A stretch of 39,833 bases of DNA, taken from NCBI RefSeq assembly GCF_001194135.2, contig NC_068996.1:56469399-56509231 (forward strand). Reading direction: 5' to 3'. The notes beneath the pieces were generated by a model. It was not told the DNA's origin and ran no database searches. It saw only the letters and a list, made by a program, of their open reading frames with translations. Below are positions 24,567-36,652 of this stretch, in pieces. The first letter of the stretch is position 1; each line of letters begins with the position of its first letter. A program made the translations under genes and the position numbers. This DNA comes from Octopus bimaculoides (Eukaryota).

Positions 24567-25429
24567 ATGTATGTATGTATGCGTGCATGCATGTATATTT
24601 TTACGCATATGTATACGGTCATTTGCTGGTAGTTTAACAGCCGGAATAACCGTATATACATACACTTGGTGAGTTAGCAAACATTTTAATGCCACTGAAC
24701 GTCTGTATTAAGACACCGGTTAAATAAAAATTAAAAGCATTACACTCTCAATACAGAACTAATCTTATTACAACAATGACTTGACTGCCTCAGGCAAAAT
24801 TAAAACAAAATATTCACTACAACCAACTGTATCATGAATAAAGAACTCTATTGATTGTAATACGATAGCCCGAAGTTTCAGAAAATGTTTTAATACAGAT
24901 ACACTTGACGGATCAGAAGATGTTATATAGCAAGAACAAAATTGATGACGAAGATGAAATACATGCAAAAGAATAATTGTGAGAAAATGATGTTGATTCA
25001 TAGATTGATAACAGTGGCTAATATGATGATATTGATTAGAATAAAAATCATAATTTGACACAAAATTCTAATTGTTTTAACTTCTTACAATGTAGAAATA
25101 ACAAAACTGCGTAACATGCAAGACATTATACACAGGAAAATTCCCCCTCTCTCTCTCTCTCTCCCCTCTCTCCCCCCTCTCTCTTTCTCTCCCCCTTCTC
25201 TCTCTCCCTCTCTCTCAATAGTAGAAGGACAGAATAGGGTTTTAACATCTCAGGAAGTCGAAAATTTTGTCCGCTCCAGACCGTAATGCTGTGATAACTA
25301 TTACACCAAGGCGATATGATAACTTCTGAATTAGAAGCAGCTTTACATTAATAATCTAGAATTCTACATACCAAAGAATATTCATAGAAAATTCAGTTCA
25401 CATGTATCAGTGTATGATTATATATACAT

Positions 25430-25470
25430 AACTACACATATGTACATATGTGCATGTATATAAATGTGTA

Positions 25471-25542
<72 letters not shown>

Positions 25543-25546
25543 TATA

Positions 25547-25612
<66 letters not shown>
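25430..25612. repeat. (AT)n/(GT)n compound microsatellite
   Basis: Directly visible. Confidence 0.95.
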
Positions 25613-25615
<3 letters not shown>

Positions 25616-26636
25616 CATAGGCTTGCGTGACAACCTGATGTAGAACTCAATATAGATATGTTTCAAAACGAACCATTACTCTCATACAGAGCAAGGAATA
25701 AACGATTATCTTATAAACTTCCGTTAGCTTACAGTTGTTTTTGTTATAAGATGCAGTGGAATTATAATTGAATGCCTGAGTATAGTTTCTTCAGTCTCGA
25801 AAATGAAGTACAGTTTATTTGGGAAAATAATTACATTTATGCCTATATATATCAAAAGGATAACACTATTCCACAGATACAAAAACATACCATACCAACA
25901 ATCCAACATACCCCCATCATCAGCTGCCCCAACGGATATCATTATGGTTTCGACACCTGGGTAGTACCATTCAATCCGGTGGTGTTAACAGCAATAAAAG
26001 AAGTGCTGTTTGGGAACAAACATACCAAAAGACAAAACGCAACGTTCAAATACATTTACCCTATGTACAACAGTATTCAATTATTTATAGGCAGGATTAA
26101 ACACTAACTTTAAAATTAGACTACAACAAGAAACCCATAAATCTACGTACTCTGTATCGGTATTAATAGTAAACCTACAATAACTAAATATGCAATTTAT
26201 TTGGAAAAAAGAATTATATTTATGCATTTTCAGGCTTAGCTCCCCTTCTTGTTTGTTTTCACTGTCCTGTTTTTCTTACTAACTTTGACCCTCCGCAAAA
26301 TCCCAAATTTTATTTAATTTGCTTTGCGGAAGCAACTGTTTTGTCGAAAACGTATCTTGTCGTGAATTGTTCGAAATACGAAGTGGAAAAACAGCCGACA
26401 ACTGATGAAGGGTCATTTTTTTTATGTTGCTTGTCTCTTTTTCCATTTGTTTCTTTCGTTGTTCGCAAAAGAAAGTTCGTATTCCATGTTTTTGTATTTC
26501 GTATTTTATGTTGTTTTTGTATTTCTTGTTTACGTTCTGTGGTGTCCTGTGCCCATATATGCATGCATATATAATATATATGTATGTACATATATGTATG
26601 TATGTATGTACATATATTTATATATTATTTATATTA

Positions 26637-26684
<48 letters not shown>

Positions 26685-26699
26685 AAAAAGCATTACCAA

Positions 26700-27130
26700 T
26701 TTGGTAATGCTCTTTCCTATATTTGGCTATCGGTGGCCGTTCATACAATTGTATACATTAAACCTCTTTCTGGATTTCAATATAGCTTCCATTTCTTTCT
26801 TTCCACTCCCATCTATCTTGTATCACAATCTCCTCCACATCACTTTAGGGTGGTTGCTGCTATCCGTAACCTCTGTTCGGTGGTGTGTTGGAGAAGGAAA
26901 TACCAGTTTGCTGGTCGTTACCAACCCTTGTTGCGTAACACTAAGAATAAGATGATTTTGTTTGCTTCTGCTGTGGGTATACTCGACCTTTTTGCTGCTC
27001 TGAACACTGGAGTAACGGCAACCATGTCCCTTTCTTCTGTTGTTGATGTTGCGTTTGCTTTTTTTTATGTCGCCCATTTTTTCCTCTTCTTCAGAGTCAG
27101 GCTTTGATAGGATTTCACTATCACGTGTCT
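26700..27130 (-). mobile_element. Dong/R4-type LINE, N-terminal fragment
   Basis: TAEANKIIL...KGW*R...W...TTEQRL..A resembles the WTxExN...GYR...TEQRLADQ N-terminus of Dong-like ORFs as recalled. Confidence 0.55.
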
Positions 27131-27149
27131 TGTAAATGAATTCCATTCT

Positions 27150-27915
27150 GATTGCTGTTCTTACAATAATAAAACTTGAATACTAACGGCCAATACTTAG
27201 CACAAACTGACGAAGCTAGTGCTGACAAATTGTTCGCTCATCAATGGTTGCGAAGTGCTGCGTTGAAACCAGAAACTGAAGGGTTTATCGTCGCAGCTCA
27301 AGACCAAGCTTTATCAACCGGTAGTTACCGGGCAACGACACTTAAGAATGGAACGAATAACTCAAAGTGTAGGTTATATGGTAGTCATGTAGAAATGACT
27401 AATCGCATTGTCGCTGGAAGTTCCTTAATGGTTATTAACGAGTATATAGTCAGACAGAACCAAACAGGGAAACCTATTCATTGGAAAACCTGCAAGTACT
27501 CTGTGAACTGGTTTAAACATCTTTCCCACTTACTGAGATTGATATTATCACCATCCTTTGGGATTTTACAATTCTTACTGATAGAACTATCAAAGAAAAA
27601 ATTACCTAGCTATAACAGTAAAGATCATATTGATAAACCTATTTGATATGGCTATCTCCATGAACAACAATGTAGCAGTTAAAGAACTCTGTACAATACA
27701 AAAGAACAAAAAGCTAAGGATGGAAATTTCCAAAATGTAGAAGATTAAAATCATTATGGTACTTGTTATCATAGGGGCACTCGGGGCAATATAGAAAGGA
27801 AAAGTAAAATTTATGGATATGATACCAAGAAAATCATGCTTAAAAGAAATACAGGAAAGAACCTTAATACAGGCACTGCAAACATTTTACGAGAAGCATT
27901 ATCACTACAAATTTC
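27150..27915 (+). mobile_element. Dong/R4-type LINE copy 2, 3' fragment
   Basis: GQYL...QWLRSAALKPETEGFIVAAQDQAL...KCRL...IHW, then LFDMAI, VIIGALGAI and TANILREALS. Confidence 0.9.
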
Positions 27916-28099
27916 GTAGATCGATAGAATTGTTTATTGAGCACTCGTATGCACAGTTTCTCTTTTTATTTTCAGCCAATCCTAGCACTTTTCTACGTCA
28001 TAAATTCACCAAAATTATTAAGAACATCATGTCCATTATCTACTGCAGCAGAGTTTTACAACCTCTAAACTGGCTGCAACTGATAAGGAAAGTAGGACC

Positions 28100-29500
28100 A
28101 CATGAGCTTCATTCGTGAATAAGAAGTGGTAGGAAAAAGTGTGTAAGAAGAAAGAATGAAAGAGTAATGTAATGAAGAGAGTGATCTGAAGGGAAAAAAT
28201 GAGGTGAGACGGGAGTTGAAGGGTTTAAAGAACTAAAAGGAGTTGTAGGAGTAAAAGAAAAAAAACTTGTTGGTGACATGGTGCCAAGTTCCAATCTGAA
28301 ATTTTGTTCTTTTTGTTGTGGATCCATGGTGTGTGTGTGTGTGTGTGTGTGTGTAGCGATGCCACTTATAAATAACTGAAAGATGTTAGTGTCAAAGTGG
28401 ATGGCGATGGGTTGGTTTCGTATATATAGTAGTATGTATTAAATATGTCCTTGAAAATGCTCAGCAAGGTGTCAGCCTGATTTTCTAATGCAAGGAGTAC
28501 CACAAAGTATGTATATAATGCAATATATATAAGGTTAGACGATGTGCAACAGAAGAAGTTCTAATGTAATATCATGTTGTGTCTTAGGGTCCAGTGATAG
28601 CACTAATAATATTCTTAATGTAATTTGCATAGTTGATGAGTGCATTTAAAAGTGCCTGGTGGTGTAAGATTGGACATTGTGGAGATTTCACTCTATTTCC
28701 AGGGTGCCTATCTTTTTAAAGGTGAGGGGAGGTTGTGCAGGAAGGGATCAGAAAGTAAAATACTGAAGTTGTGGACGAGTTTATCTTTTAGTGAGAGGAC
28801 GGACGGGTGGAAGGTGAGAGAGAGTGGAATGCGATTTATAGACATGCGTAAAGACGGTAGAAGAGCGGTGGTGCAATCTACGGTCAGAGCCCGGCAGAAC
28901 GCCGAGTCCTCGATTTAGGATGAACTGCCGCATTATTTGGCATTGAAAGCTGGTAAAGGCGAAAGAATTGAGAGAAAAGTATGCCAGATTTAGCGTGTTT
29001 CGGGTGAGATTAGTAGAGATAGGAAGGGAGTCAGTAGGTTTGCAGTGGACAGAGGTGGGGAGGCAAATCATGTTTTTGATGTCCATGGTGAAATGAGTTT
29101 GAACTCTCCAGGTGAAAAAGAGAACAAGTGGAAGAGCTTTACGGCATGGTTGGTGAGTGTAAAGCAGCGATAGGAAGTGATAACAGTTTGTCAAGGTGAG
29201 ATGATAGAAGTTCTATGAGAGAATTACAGGCCAAGACAATATGATGGCTGGGTTTGGTGGTTTGTGAATTTTAGGAACGAAATAGATAGTGGAGATTCGG
29301 GGTGTAATTACAATAAAGTTAGTAGCAAGGAGGGAAGAAGAGAGCCAGAAGAGCCAGAAGTTGTTGAACAGTGGTGGACACTTGTTTTGGTAATGGTCGA
29401 TAAGATCGTTTAATATCTTGTAAAATCGAGGGTCATTCAGTTGGCGGAGTGCTTCTTGTCTATACAGGTCGGATCGTCAAATTAAAACCAGCCTTTGTCG
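28100..29500 (-). mobile_element. Penelope-like retroelement (RT plus GIY-YIG), 5'-truncated, internally deleted
   Basis: Across frameshifts: PADKG, DLYRQEALRQLNDPRFY, TIYFVPKIHKPPNP, FTMDI, NRIPLSLTFHP, HLAEHFQGHI, PIAIHF, EQNFRLELGTMSP. Confidence 0.88.
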
Positions 29501-29720
29501 GCTGGTTAAATGAACGTTTTTCCTTCTACACCTCCTCTCATTTCTTTAAACCTTTCTTATTCCTTCTCAAATTATCTTATCCCTCCATCTATCGACTGTT
29601 TTACCTCCTCATACTATTTCTCTTTCCTTCTACTTTCTTACACTTGTTTTTACTCTCCTACCACTCCCTGTTCACGTATGAAGTTCACATGGTTTGCGAA
29701 ATATCAGAAGAGATTGTTTG
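29500..29720 (+). mobile_element. Inverted copy of the Penelope 3' terminal (pLTR-like) region
   Basis: ttcttacac..tcctaccact..ttcacg.atgaag.tca..tggt at 29634-29695 aligns with the reverse complement of 28095-28150. Confidence 0.7.
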
Positions 29721-29779
29721 AGAGATTGGAGCTGAGTCTGAAGACATAACGATGAAATACCAGATGTAGAAAGTTTGGA

Positions 29780-29819
<40 letters not shown>

Positions 29820-29869
29820 ATTCGGGTAAAAGACTATTCTGGAATAAATATAAAGAATCCTTCTGTTAT

Positions 29870-30350
29870 TGAATACATACGCAAATAACAGCAGAAGGAA
29901 TACTGGTGGAACATTCCCATCATCTGTCAAGTGTATACATAACAGACCAGATATTGTTGTTTGCGACAGACAAGAAATACCATCATTGAGGTCAGATGTC
30001 CTGCTAATGTGAATGTCTCTTCGAAAATCAAAGAGAAAGAGGGACAACTATGGACAATTGATTCGAAATCTCCAGCTTCTATATCCCGATCACAAATTTA
30101 CATTTAGACTAATAATAATTGGTGCATTTGGTTTAGTGAGTAACTTGCCTAAGTGATAGTCTGCATAATCGAAAGTTTTCAGAAAATGAAATCAAACAAT
30201 TGACCTCGCACGTTACAAATGCAATCTCTAAGTGGAACAGTAAAAATATGCCATACTTCACTCAAGATTAAAATGCGAAATTGTTTTCCTTACCTACATT
30301 CCAAAAAATGGACTTTGTATCTTTGTTAGAAACCAGCTCCTTCTTCAGAG
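29870..30350 (+). mobile_element. Dong/R4-type LINE copy 3: endonuclease and 3' UTR
   Basis: EYWWNIPI, HNRPDIVV, IIEVRCP, YGQLIRNLQLLYPD, IIIGAFG; same subfamily as 3990-4511. Confidence 0.88.
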
Positions 30351-30393
30351 AAAGAATTCAAATAATTAAAAACTGAAGGGAACATGCATATAT

Positions 30394-30446
<53 letters not shown>

Positions 30447-30451
30447 ATGTA

Positions 30452-31089
30452 TTGCGTCATCCCATAAATAATGCCGTTTTTTCAATTGCATGAACTAAAA
30501 GTCGGAAACTACAGCCACGATGATGACCCTCATCCTGGAAGATGTGTATAGCTTGACGAGGACGTCCTGAAAACCATGGTGGAATAAAATCCTATCGTAA
30601 CTGTTGAGGAACTAGCAGAGAAGCTTGGATTTCGTCATTCAACCAGCCTGTCAAGTCAGCGCTAGAAGAAAAACGACAATCTTTGCTTTCAAGATGAAAG
30701 GTGTTCTTCCATCAAGATAATCCTTGGCCACATACAGTGAGGATGACATTCTAAAGGCTGGAACAATTTGAATGGAGAATGATGCCTCACCCATCATATT
30801 CGCCGGGCATTACCCCATCTGACTATCATTTGTCCAGCAGTCTTCAAAATCATTTGGATGGAAAAGATATGAATTCTGTAGACGAGGTAAGATGAGTACT
30901 GGAGGAGTATTTTTTGTCACAGACAACTGAATTTTGGAAGAGGGGCCTTGCAAGTCTGCCAGAGAGATGGAAGAGAATTGTAGAAAATGAAGGAGAGTAT
31001 ATTTTAGATTAAAAAAGAACTTTGCTTATCTTAATTTTGAAAAGTAAAAGAAGTATTAAAAAAATTGCATTATATATGGGGTGACCCAA
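30452..31089 (+). mobile_element. Internally deleted mariner (638 bp)
   Basis: TIRs ttgcgtcatcccataaataatgc versus reverse complement ttgggtcaccccatatataatgc, TA on both sides; remnants VEELAEKLG, HQDN..PH, HPSYSPGITPSDYHL, SLPERWKRIVENEGEY. Confidence 0.92.
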
Positions 31090-31091
31090 TA

Positions 31092-31361
31092 TAGACAGTT
31101 AAGGTTCGGGTAAAAATCTTGTAGAATGTTTTGCAAAGTTCCCTCACATTTATTGACTATTTGATGTCATCATACAGTGGAAATGTCCCTGCTACTCAAT
31201 ATACATCAGAAACTGCATAATATCCGTAGAGTTTATATAAATAGGCAAATAATAGAAAATAGAATTAATGACATTCTATGTTTAAGCTCACTACAATTGT
31301 TTCACTACATTCTGACACCTTTAGTACATAGGTAGAATGTTGTACAATCATTATCTACATC
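31092..31361 (-). pseudogene. Decayed coding-like segment of unknown family (paralogue of 18716-18945)
   Basis: After an acceptor-like ttttgcacctag reads DVDNDCTTFYLCTKGVRM**NNCS / AYLYKLYGYYAVSDVY*VAGTFPLY / INVRELCKTFYKIF; contains stops and frameshifts; ends at the mariner TA site. Confidence 0.5.
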
Positions 31362-31723
31362 CTAGGTGCAAAATTCACATCCTCAGGTGATTTTTAAAAT
31401 AAGCTCTTCGTTAGATCCCCTTACCATTTCACTAAGGTGTGATAATGTATAATCAAAATGATGTGTCATTCGCAGCAGTTTACTGACAAAACTAAGTCCA
31501 TAGATGGTGACAGACAAAATATAATAATCAAAATACAAAATAGAGAAATGGAAAAATAGACAAAAGAAAGGAAAGGGTCAAGTTGACTATGAATATCATT
31601 CTATCTAAATGGTCAGATTATCTTTCATTTTATTTACTTATTTTTTTGCCGGTTTAGTACTTTCTTCCTTATAATCTGACCATTTAGACAGTGTTATATA
31701 TGCGTATTTGACTCTGTGTGTGT

Positions 31724-31724
<1 letters not shown>

Positions 31725-31810
<86 letters not shown>
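31725..31810. repeat. (GA)n microsatellite
   Basis: Directly visible. Confidence 0.97.
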
Positions 31811-31813
<3 letters not shown>

Positions 31814-31949
31814 CACAAATGGTATATAAAATTTGCAGCAGCTGATTCGATAGAATTCCATTGATGTATTCATAAATTACATCATAACAATCCACCATCT
31901 TCAGGTAAAATTTTAAACACGTATGATGTTAAACAGGTGAGATTTCGAA

Positions 31950-32244
31950 CATACATACATACATACATACATACACACACACACATACATACATACAAAC
32001 ATACATACATGCATACATACATGCATACATACATGCATACATACACATATATATACATACGTATGTACATACATACATACACACATACATTCATACATAC
32101 ATACACATATATATATATATATACATACCTACATGCATACATACATACATACACACATACATACATACATACATACACACACACATACATACATACATAC
32201 ATACACACATACATACATATATACACGCATACATACATACACTT

Positions 32245-32284
<40 letters not shown>
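31950..32284. repeat. (ACAT)n/(CA)n compound microsatellite
   Basis: Directly visible. Confidence 0.95.
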
Positions 32285-32285
<1 letters not shown>

Positions 32286-32287
<2 letters not shown>

Positions 32288-33475
32288 GGATGTCTTGGAA
32301 GCTGATTGTATATTGGACAGAACAATGAAAGACAATGCGAGGAGAGAATATTTTTGATAGGTAACGAGAATATTAAAATCTATATTAAAATCTAAACTCA
32401 TTGGTGTAAATAACATCCCTGCTATAAACTCAGGGCCATATCCACCATTAGACACAGCATTTGAATATTCAAATGGACAAAAGAAGATCTCGAAAAGGAA
32501 GAGATTACTAACGAGCTGCAGCGTCTTACACCCCTAGGCAGATGTTGACAGATTGTATTTCAACAGAAAAGATAGAGTAAGAGGTTTGGTAAATATAGAA
32601 AACTGCGTGGAAGTAGAGAGATTAACGAAGTACGTTGCTGGCAGTTATCAGGCACTTTGATGACAGTAAGAAGAGACGATATATTATGTGAAAGAACACA
32701 CACACACACACATACACAAAAGAAAAGGGAGGTTCTCGAAGCTGGAAAGCGTTGATATGAACAGAGATGTTGATACAGAAACAGTTTCAATGGCTAAAGT
32801 AGTGTGTGCTATAGAAAGAGATGAAGGTAGAGCTGAATTCTTACTTTACAGAATCAAGCAATCAGAGCAAGATACATCAAGAAGATCGAGATGAAGAGAG
32901 CATCTTGGCTGAAAGTAGAACGTGTGGTGAAAGAAAAGAGGCAGTTGAGTATATAGTGTTTGAATGTAAAAAGCTTACAACAAAGATACACTGGCAAATC
33001 TGTAAAGTTACAGATTTAACAAATGGAAAATGTTTTGTACATGAAAATGATCATGTAAATATTTATGAGATATGAAACTTCAAACAGATAGGAAAATGGA
33101 ACATTCACACCCAGATATTGTTGTGTTCAATAAAGAGGAAAAAATATGTTGCTCTATCGATGTTGCATTAACGTTTGATGCAGGAGTGGTAGAAAAACAT
33201 CGTGAGAAAACAGAATAATAGCAGGACCTAAAATACAAACTTCAGAGGATCTGGAATTGTTGTAAAGTTATCGTTATCCCAATTGTAGTAGGAACAGTTG
33301 GTTGAGGAAGCTGGATGTCGAAAGGAATTCCTTGAATGTCTGTTTGGTTGGTTCAGTGGAGAACTATAAGAAAGGTGCTTGATATCAACGATTAAGGATT
33401 ACAACCTTTGGTATTCACTAACTCGGTACTAGCGAAACAAAGATAGAACGCTAAGTGAAAGAAAATCTGAAATGC
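32286..33475 (+). mobile_element. Dong/R4-type LINE copy 4, decayed 3' half, followed by (GAT)n
   Basis: LEAD..REYF..ILKSKL, DVDRLYFNRKDRVRGL, RTCGERKEAVEYIVFEC, HPDIVV..IDVA..EK..DLK..IVIPIVVG. Confidence 0.88.
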
Positions 33476-33549
33476 TGATGATGATAAAGACGATGGCGAT
33501 GATGATGATGATGATGAAGATGATGATGATGATGATACATTACGGAGAC

Positions 33550-34250
33550 AAGTAACAATGGCAAAAAAATATAAACTTGTCTATTGCAGGTAAAATGGAA
33601 TCAACATTACAATGCTAAATGAAATAATATATGCAGCAGTCACAGCGTTTATAAAGGAAGCCGAGAACTGCATACAATCCACTCAAACAATAATGTCAAG
33701 ACCCAAGGAAAAAACATGGAAATCAAATATTCAGGAAGGAGAAGATAGAAAATAAGAGAAAGGATTTCTCAACGTTTAATGAAATTAATAAGGAAAAAAT
33801 ACAAATGATGAAAAGGAGAGACAAATACTACAACATAACAAAACAAGAAGTACGTGAAACCAATGATGCACCAAAACAAGAGATCTCGCAAAATCGCTAA
33901 GAATCTATCGAGACGAAAAACACCGAAGTTTCATTGAACAAACAGTTCGACTTCGATCCAAAAATATTTTATCGAGAACTTCATAAATAATAAAATAGAT
34001 ATTACTGCAGTATCTACGTCAACAGAAGAATTTTGAGGGATGAAGTAATATGGGTTGCGAAGGAATCGCCTGGGGAAAAGTCGGAACACAACATTCAATA
34101 ACCTGTAGGCGTCCCTAAAAACGAAAGAAGTTACCCAGCAGATAGTGAAAAGTGAGGAACTGGAGGACATCTGGAAATAACAAGTTTCCCAACTTCCGGT
34201 TAAGATATTTAACAGTCACACAAAAAGTACTTGCAAAGAATGGCACTCTT
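33550..34250 (+). mobile_element. Dong/R4-type LINE copy 5, fragment upstream of the RT
   Basis: LNEIIYAA, NKQFDFDPKIFYREL and NWRTSGNNKFPNFRLRYL (NWKxPGxD-like). Confidence 0.75.
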
Positions 34251-34269
34251 CATCACTTTTTCTTTTCTT

Positions 34270-34770
34270 CTCAGCTCTCAGTAAAATGTCAACGACTTAT
34301 CACAGCCTCTCAGCTTCGAAACGAAGGTTAAACGTACACTAAATTGTATACCAGTCTCTGTGTCCTTTGCAAGGCTCATAAACAGATCCTATGTAAACCA
34401 CCTCTCAACCTTAATACCAAGGTTCTCATCAATCGATCAGTTTGTTTCTGCTCTCCCGAATATGATGCGAGACATGGGACGACATCCAGCAGACACATAA
34501 TGATTCCGAAGGCTTTTAACATCCAGTACCTCCGCAACATCCTTTCAGTAACGCAGTGAAGTATAATTATGCACAAAAATCTTCCATCGAGTCAACACCA
34601 TCAGCATGGAATCCACGATTTATAGACATCAAATGAGACGGTTGTACACGCCTGACTCACATTTCCGCCGAAGATCTTTTGTGACCAATTACATCACGCC
34701 TGGCTGGGAAACCGAAGAATTGGGTAAAAGTCTAGGTAAAGATCACTTTAAATCGGAGCATCAATCAATC
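34270..34770 (+). mobile_element. RTE-clade LINE, decayed C-terminal fragment
   Basis: LNTKV, AFNIQYLRNILSV, HQMRR and GKPKNW resemble the post-RT LxTK / FxxxCLRxIL / LRW / GxPxxxW motifs. Confidence 0.6.
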
Positions 34771-35145
34771 CATTAAGAGCGAAAAAAATCTGCATGTAAC
34801 GTTCACTTCGATGGTATCATTGCTGGTTGGGGCTGCGACTGAAGAAAAGGAAGTAAAACACGTCAAAAACCACCAAAAGAAGAGAAAGAATTAATATGTT
34901 TCTTGAGTAATGCCTGCTCTTTGAAAACTAACATTTCCATGTCCCTTTTCTAACGAAACAGCACATCCAGAATTGAGACTTCAATGGATCCACAACCGAA
35001 GAACAGTCATAGGATTCTATTAACAATCATAGAATAATCTGAGAATAAAATAAATGTCTGTGTGTGAGTATAAACATATTCATACATACACATACATACA
35101 TACATACATACAATTAAATCTGCACACACACACACACACATATAT

Positions 35146-35720
35146 ACTAGCTGAATAGCTCGTCATTGCCGAGCAATTTTTTACAATAGGATGTCTTATA
35201 TAAATTTTTGTTTATTCCATGTCAAACCATTCCTTTCCCGACAGACAGGTTTCTTGATCAGGACAGATTTGTGCAGTTTTTCGCAAAAAAAAACTTCGTT
35301 GAGTGACTTATTCCTTTTAAAATTATTTACATGTTTGTTCGGCCGTTTCCCATGACTTTATTCATTAAAACTTATTAAAACTTCAGAAGTTCTTGCAATT
35401 TTGGTCGTCATAATGCTTTGCTTCCGTTTGTTTAGTAAAAATTCTTCCTCGTAACGATTTTGCTTTCGTTTTGTGATAGACAGCAATCATGCAGAAAATT
35501 CCAGCTTCCAAACCTTGTTTTCTGATTAGTTAAAATTGATTAAACTTTAAACCTCAGCAACATTCTTCCGCAATTTTTCTGGAACAAATAAATAAGAAAA
35601 TCGGATTTAACATGAAAAATTGTTTCAAAATACCAAATTTGAAGATTTTGACGTAACACAAAATGTGACAGCGACAGGGAAGACCCCACAAAAGTAGAGA
35701 CAGACAGTTATAGGACGTAA
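35146..35720 (+). mobile_element. Possible non-autonomous Helitron/HINE-like element
   Basis: Starts ACTAGCTGAATAGCTCGTCATTGCCG and ends near a gacagacag motif, similar to such elements as recalled; no protein evidence. Confidence 0.3.
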
Positions 35721-35814
35721 CGTACACACATAAACATACACACACACACGCACAAACACACACATTTACAAACGTACACAGGTAATCACGTGTTTAAAAT
35801 TGCGTATAGTAGAC

Positions 35815-35839
35815 ATATATATGTATGTATGTATGTACG

Positions 35840-35874
<35 letters not shown>

Positions 35875-36193
35875 NNNNNNNNNNNNNNNNNNNNNNNNNN
35901 NNNNNNNNNNNNNNNNNNNNNNNNNNNNNNNNNNNNNNNNNNNNNNNNNNNNNNNNNNNNNNNNNNNNNNNNNNNNNNNNNNNNNNNNNNNNNNNNNNNN
36001 NNNNNNNNNNNNNNNNNNNNNNNNNNNNNNNNNNNNNNNNNNNNNNNNNNNNNNNNNNNNNNNNNNNNNNNNNNNNNNNNNNNNNNNNNNNNNNNNNNNN
36101 NNNNNNNNNNNNNNNNNNNNNNNNNNNNNNNNNNNNNNNNNNNNNNNNNNNNNNNNNNNNNNNNNNNNNNNNNNNNNNNNNNNNNNNNNNNNN

Positions 36194-36249
<56 letters not shown>

Positions 36250-36262
36250 TGTGTGTGTGTGT
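35815..36262. repeat. (AT)n and (TG)n flanking a 319-N gap (35875-36193)
   Basis: Directly visible. Confidence 0.97.
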
Positions 36263-36499
36263 GCTTATGCATGCATGCATTTACGAAAGTATGTATGCAG
36301 CGTCTCGTGTATATCCGTGAATGACAGCTGTATTAACGTTAACACCCCACTGCCACTCCATATTTGTAGCTTACACATTGTTCTCCCTTTCCTTGATATC
36401 AGCAATACTCCCTATGTCACCACATCTTCCTCAAACTAAGACTCTTTGCATCCTTCTTATTTCATCAAATAATAGCCCAGCCCCCAACTCCTAGGGGGC

Positions 36500-36652
36500 C
36501 CATCATAGATTTTTATTGAAATCCAATTGGCCTGTAATCGAACTGCATGTTAGTTTAACACGTAAGCAGAGTTTTGTCAAGATTGGTTCACTGGTGTAGG
36601 CATCAAGATGGTAACAGATAGATCGACAGACAGAAATTGCCATTTATGTATA

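Noticed and set aside
24890-25050. Acidic D/E-rich stretch resembling a piggyBac N-terminus, with ...CCGGTTAA at 24716-24723
   Set aside because: Many stops, no catalytic motifs and no matching second terminus.
25772-26107. 111-aa ORF containing DTWVVPFNP, like the Helitron WVVPYNP motif
   Set aside because: Only one short motif matches and the flanking Rep/helicase residues are absent; left unassigned.
26292-26460. Small hairpin plus CTGATGAAGG as a ribozyme
   Set aside because: No GAAA with a paired stem II follows; more likely a fragment of a dispersed repeat.
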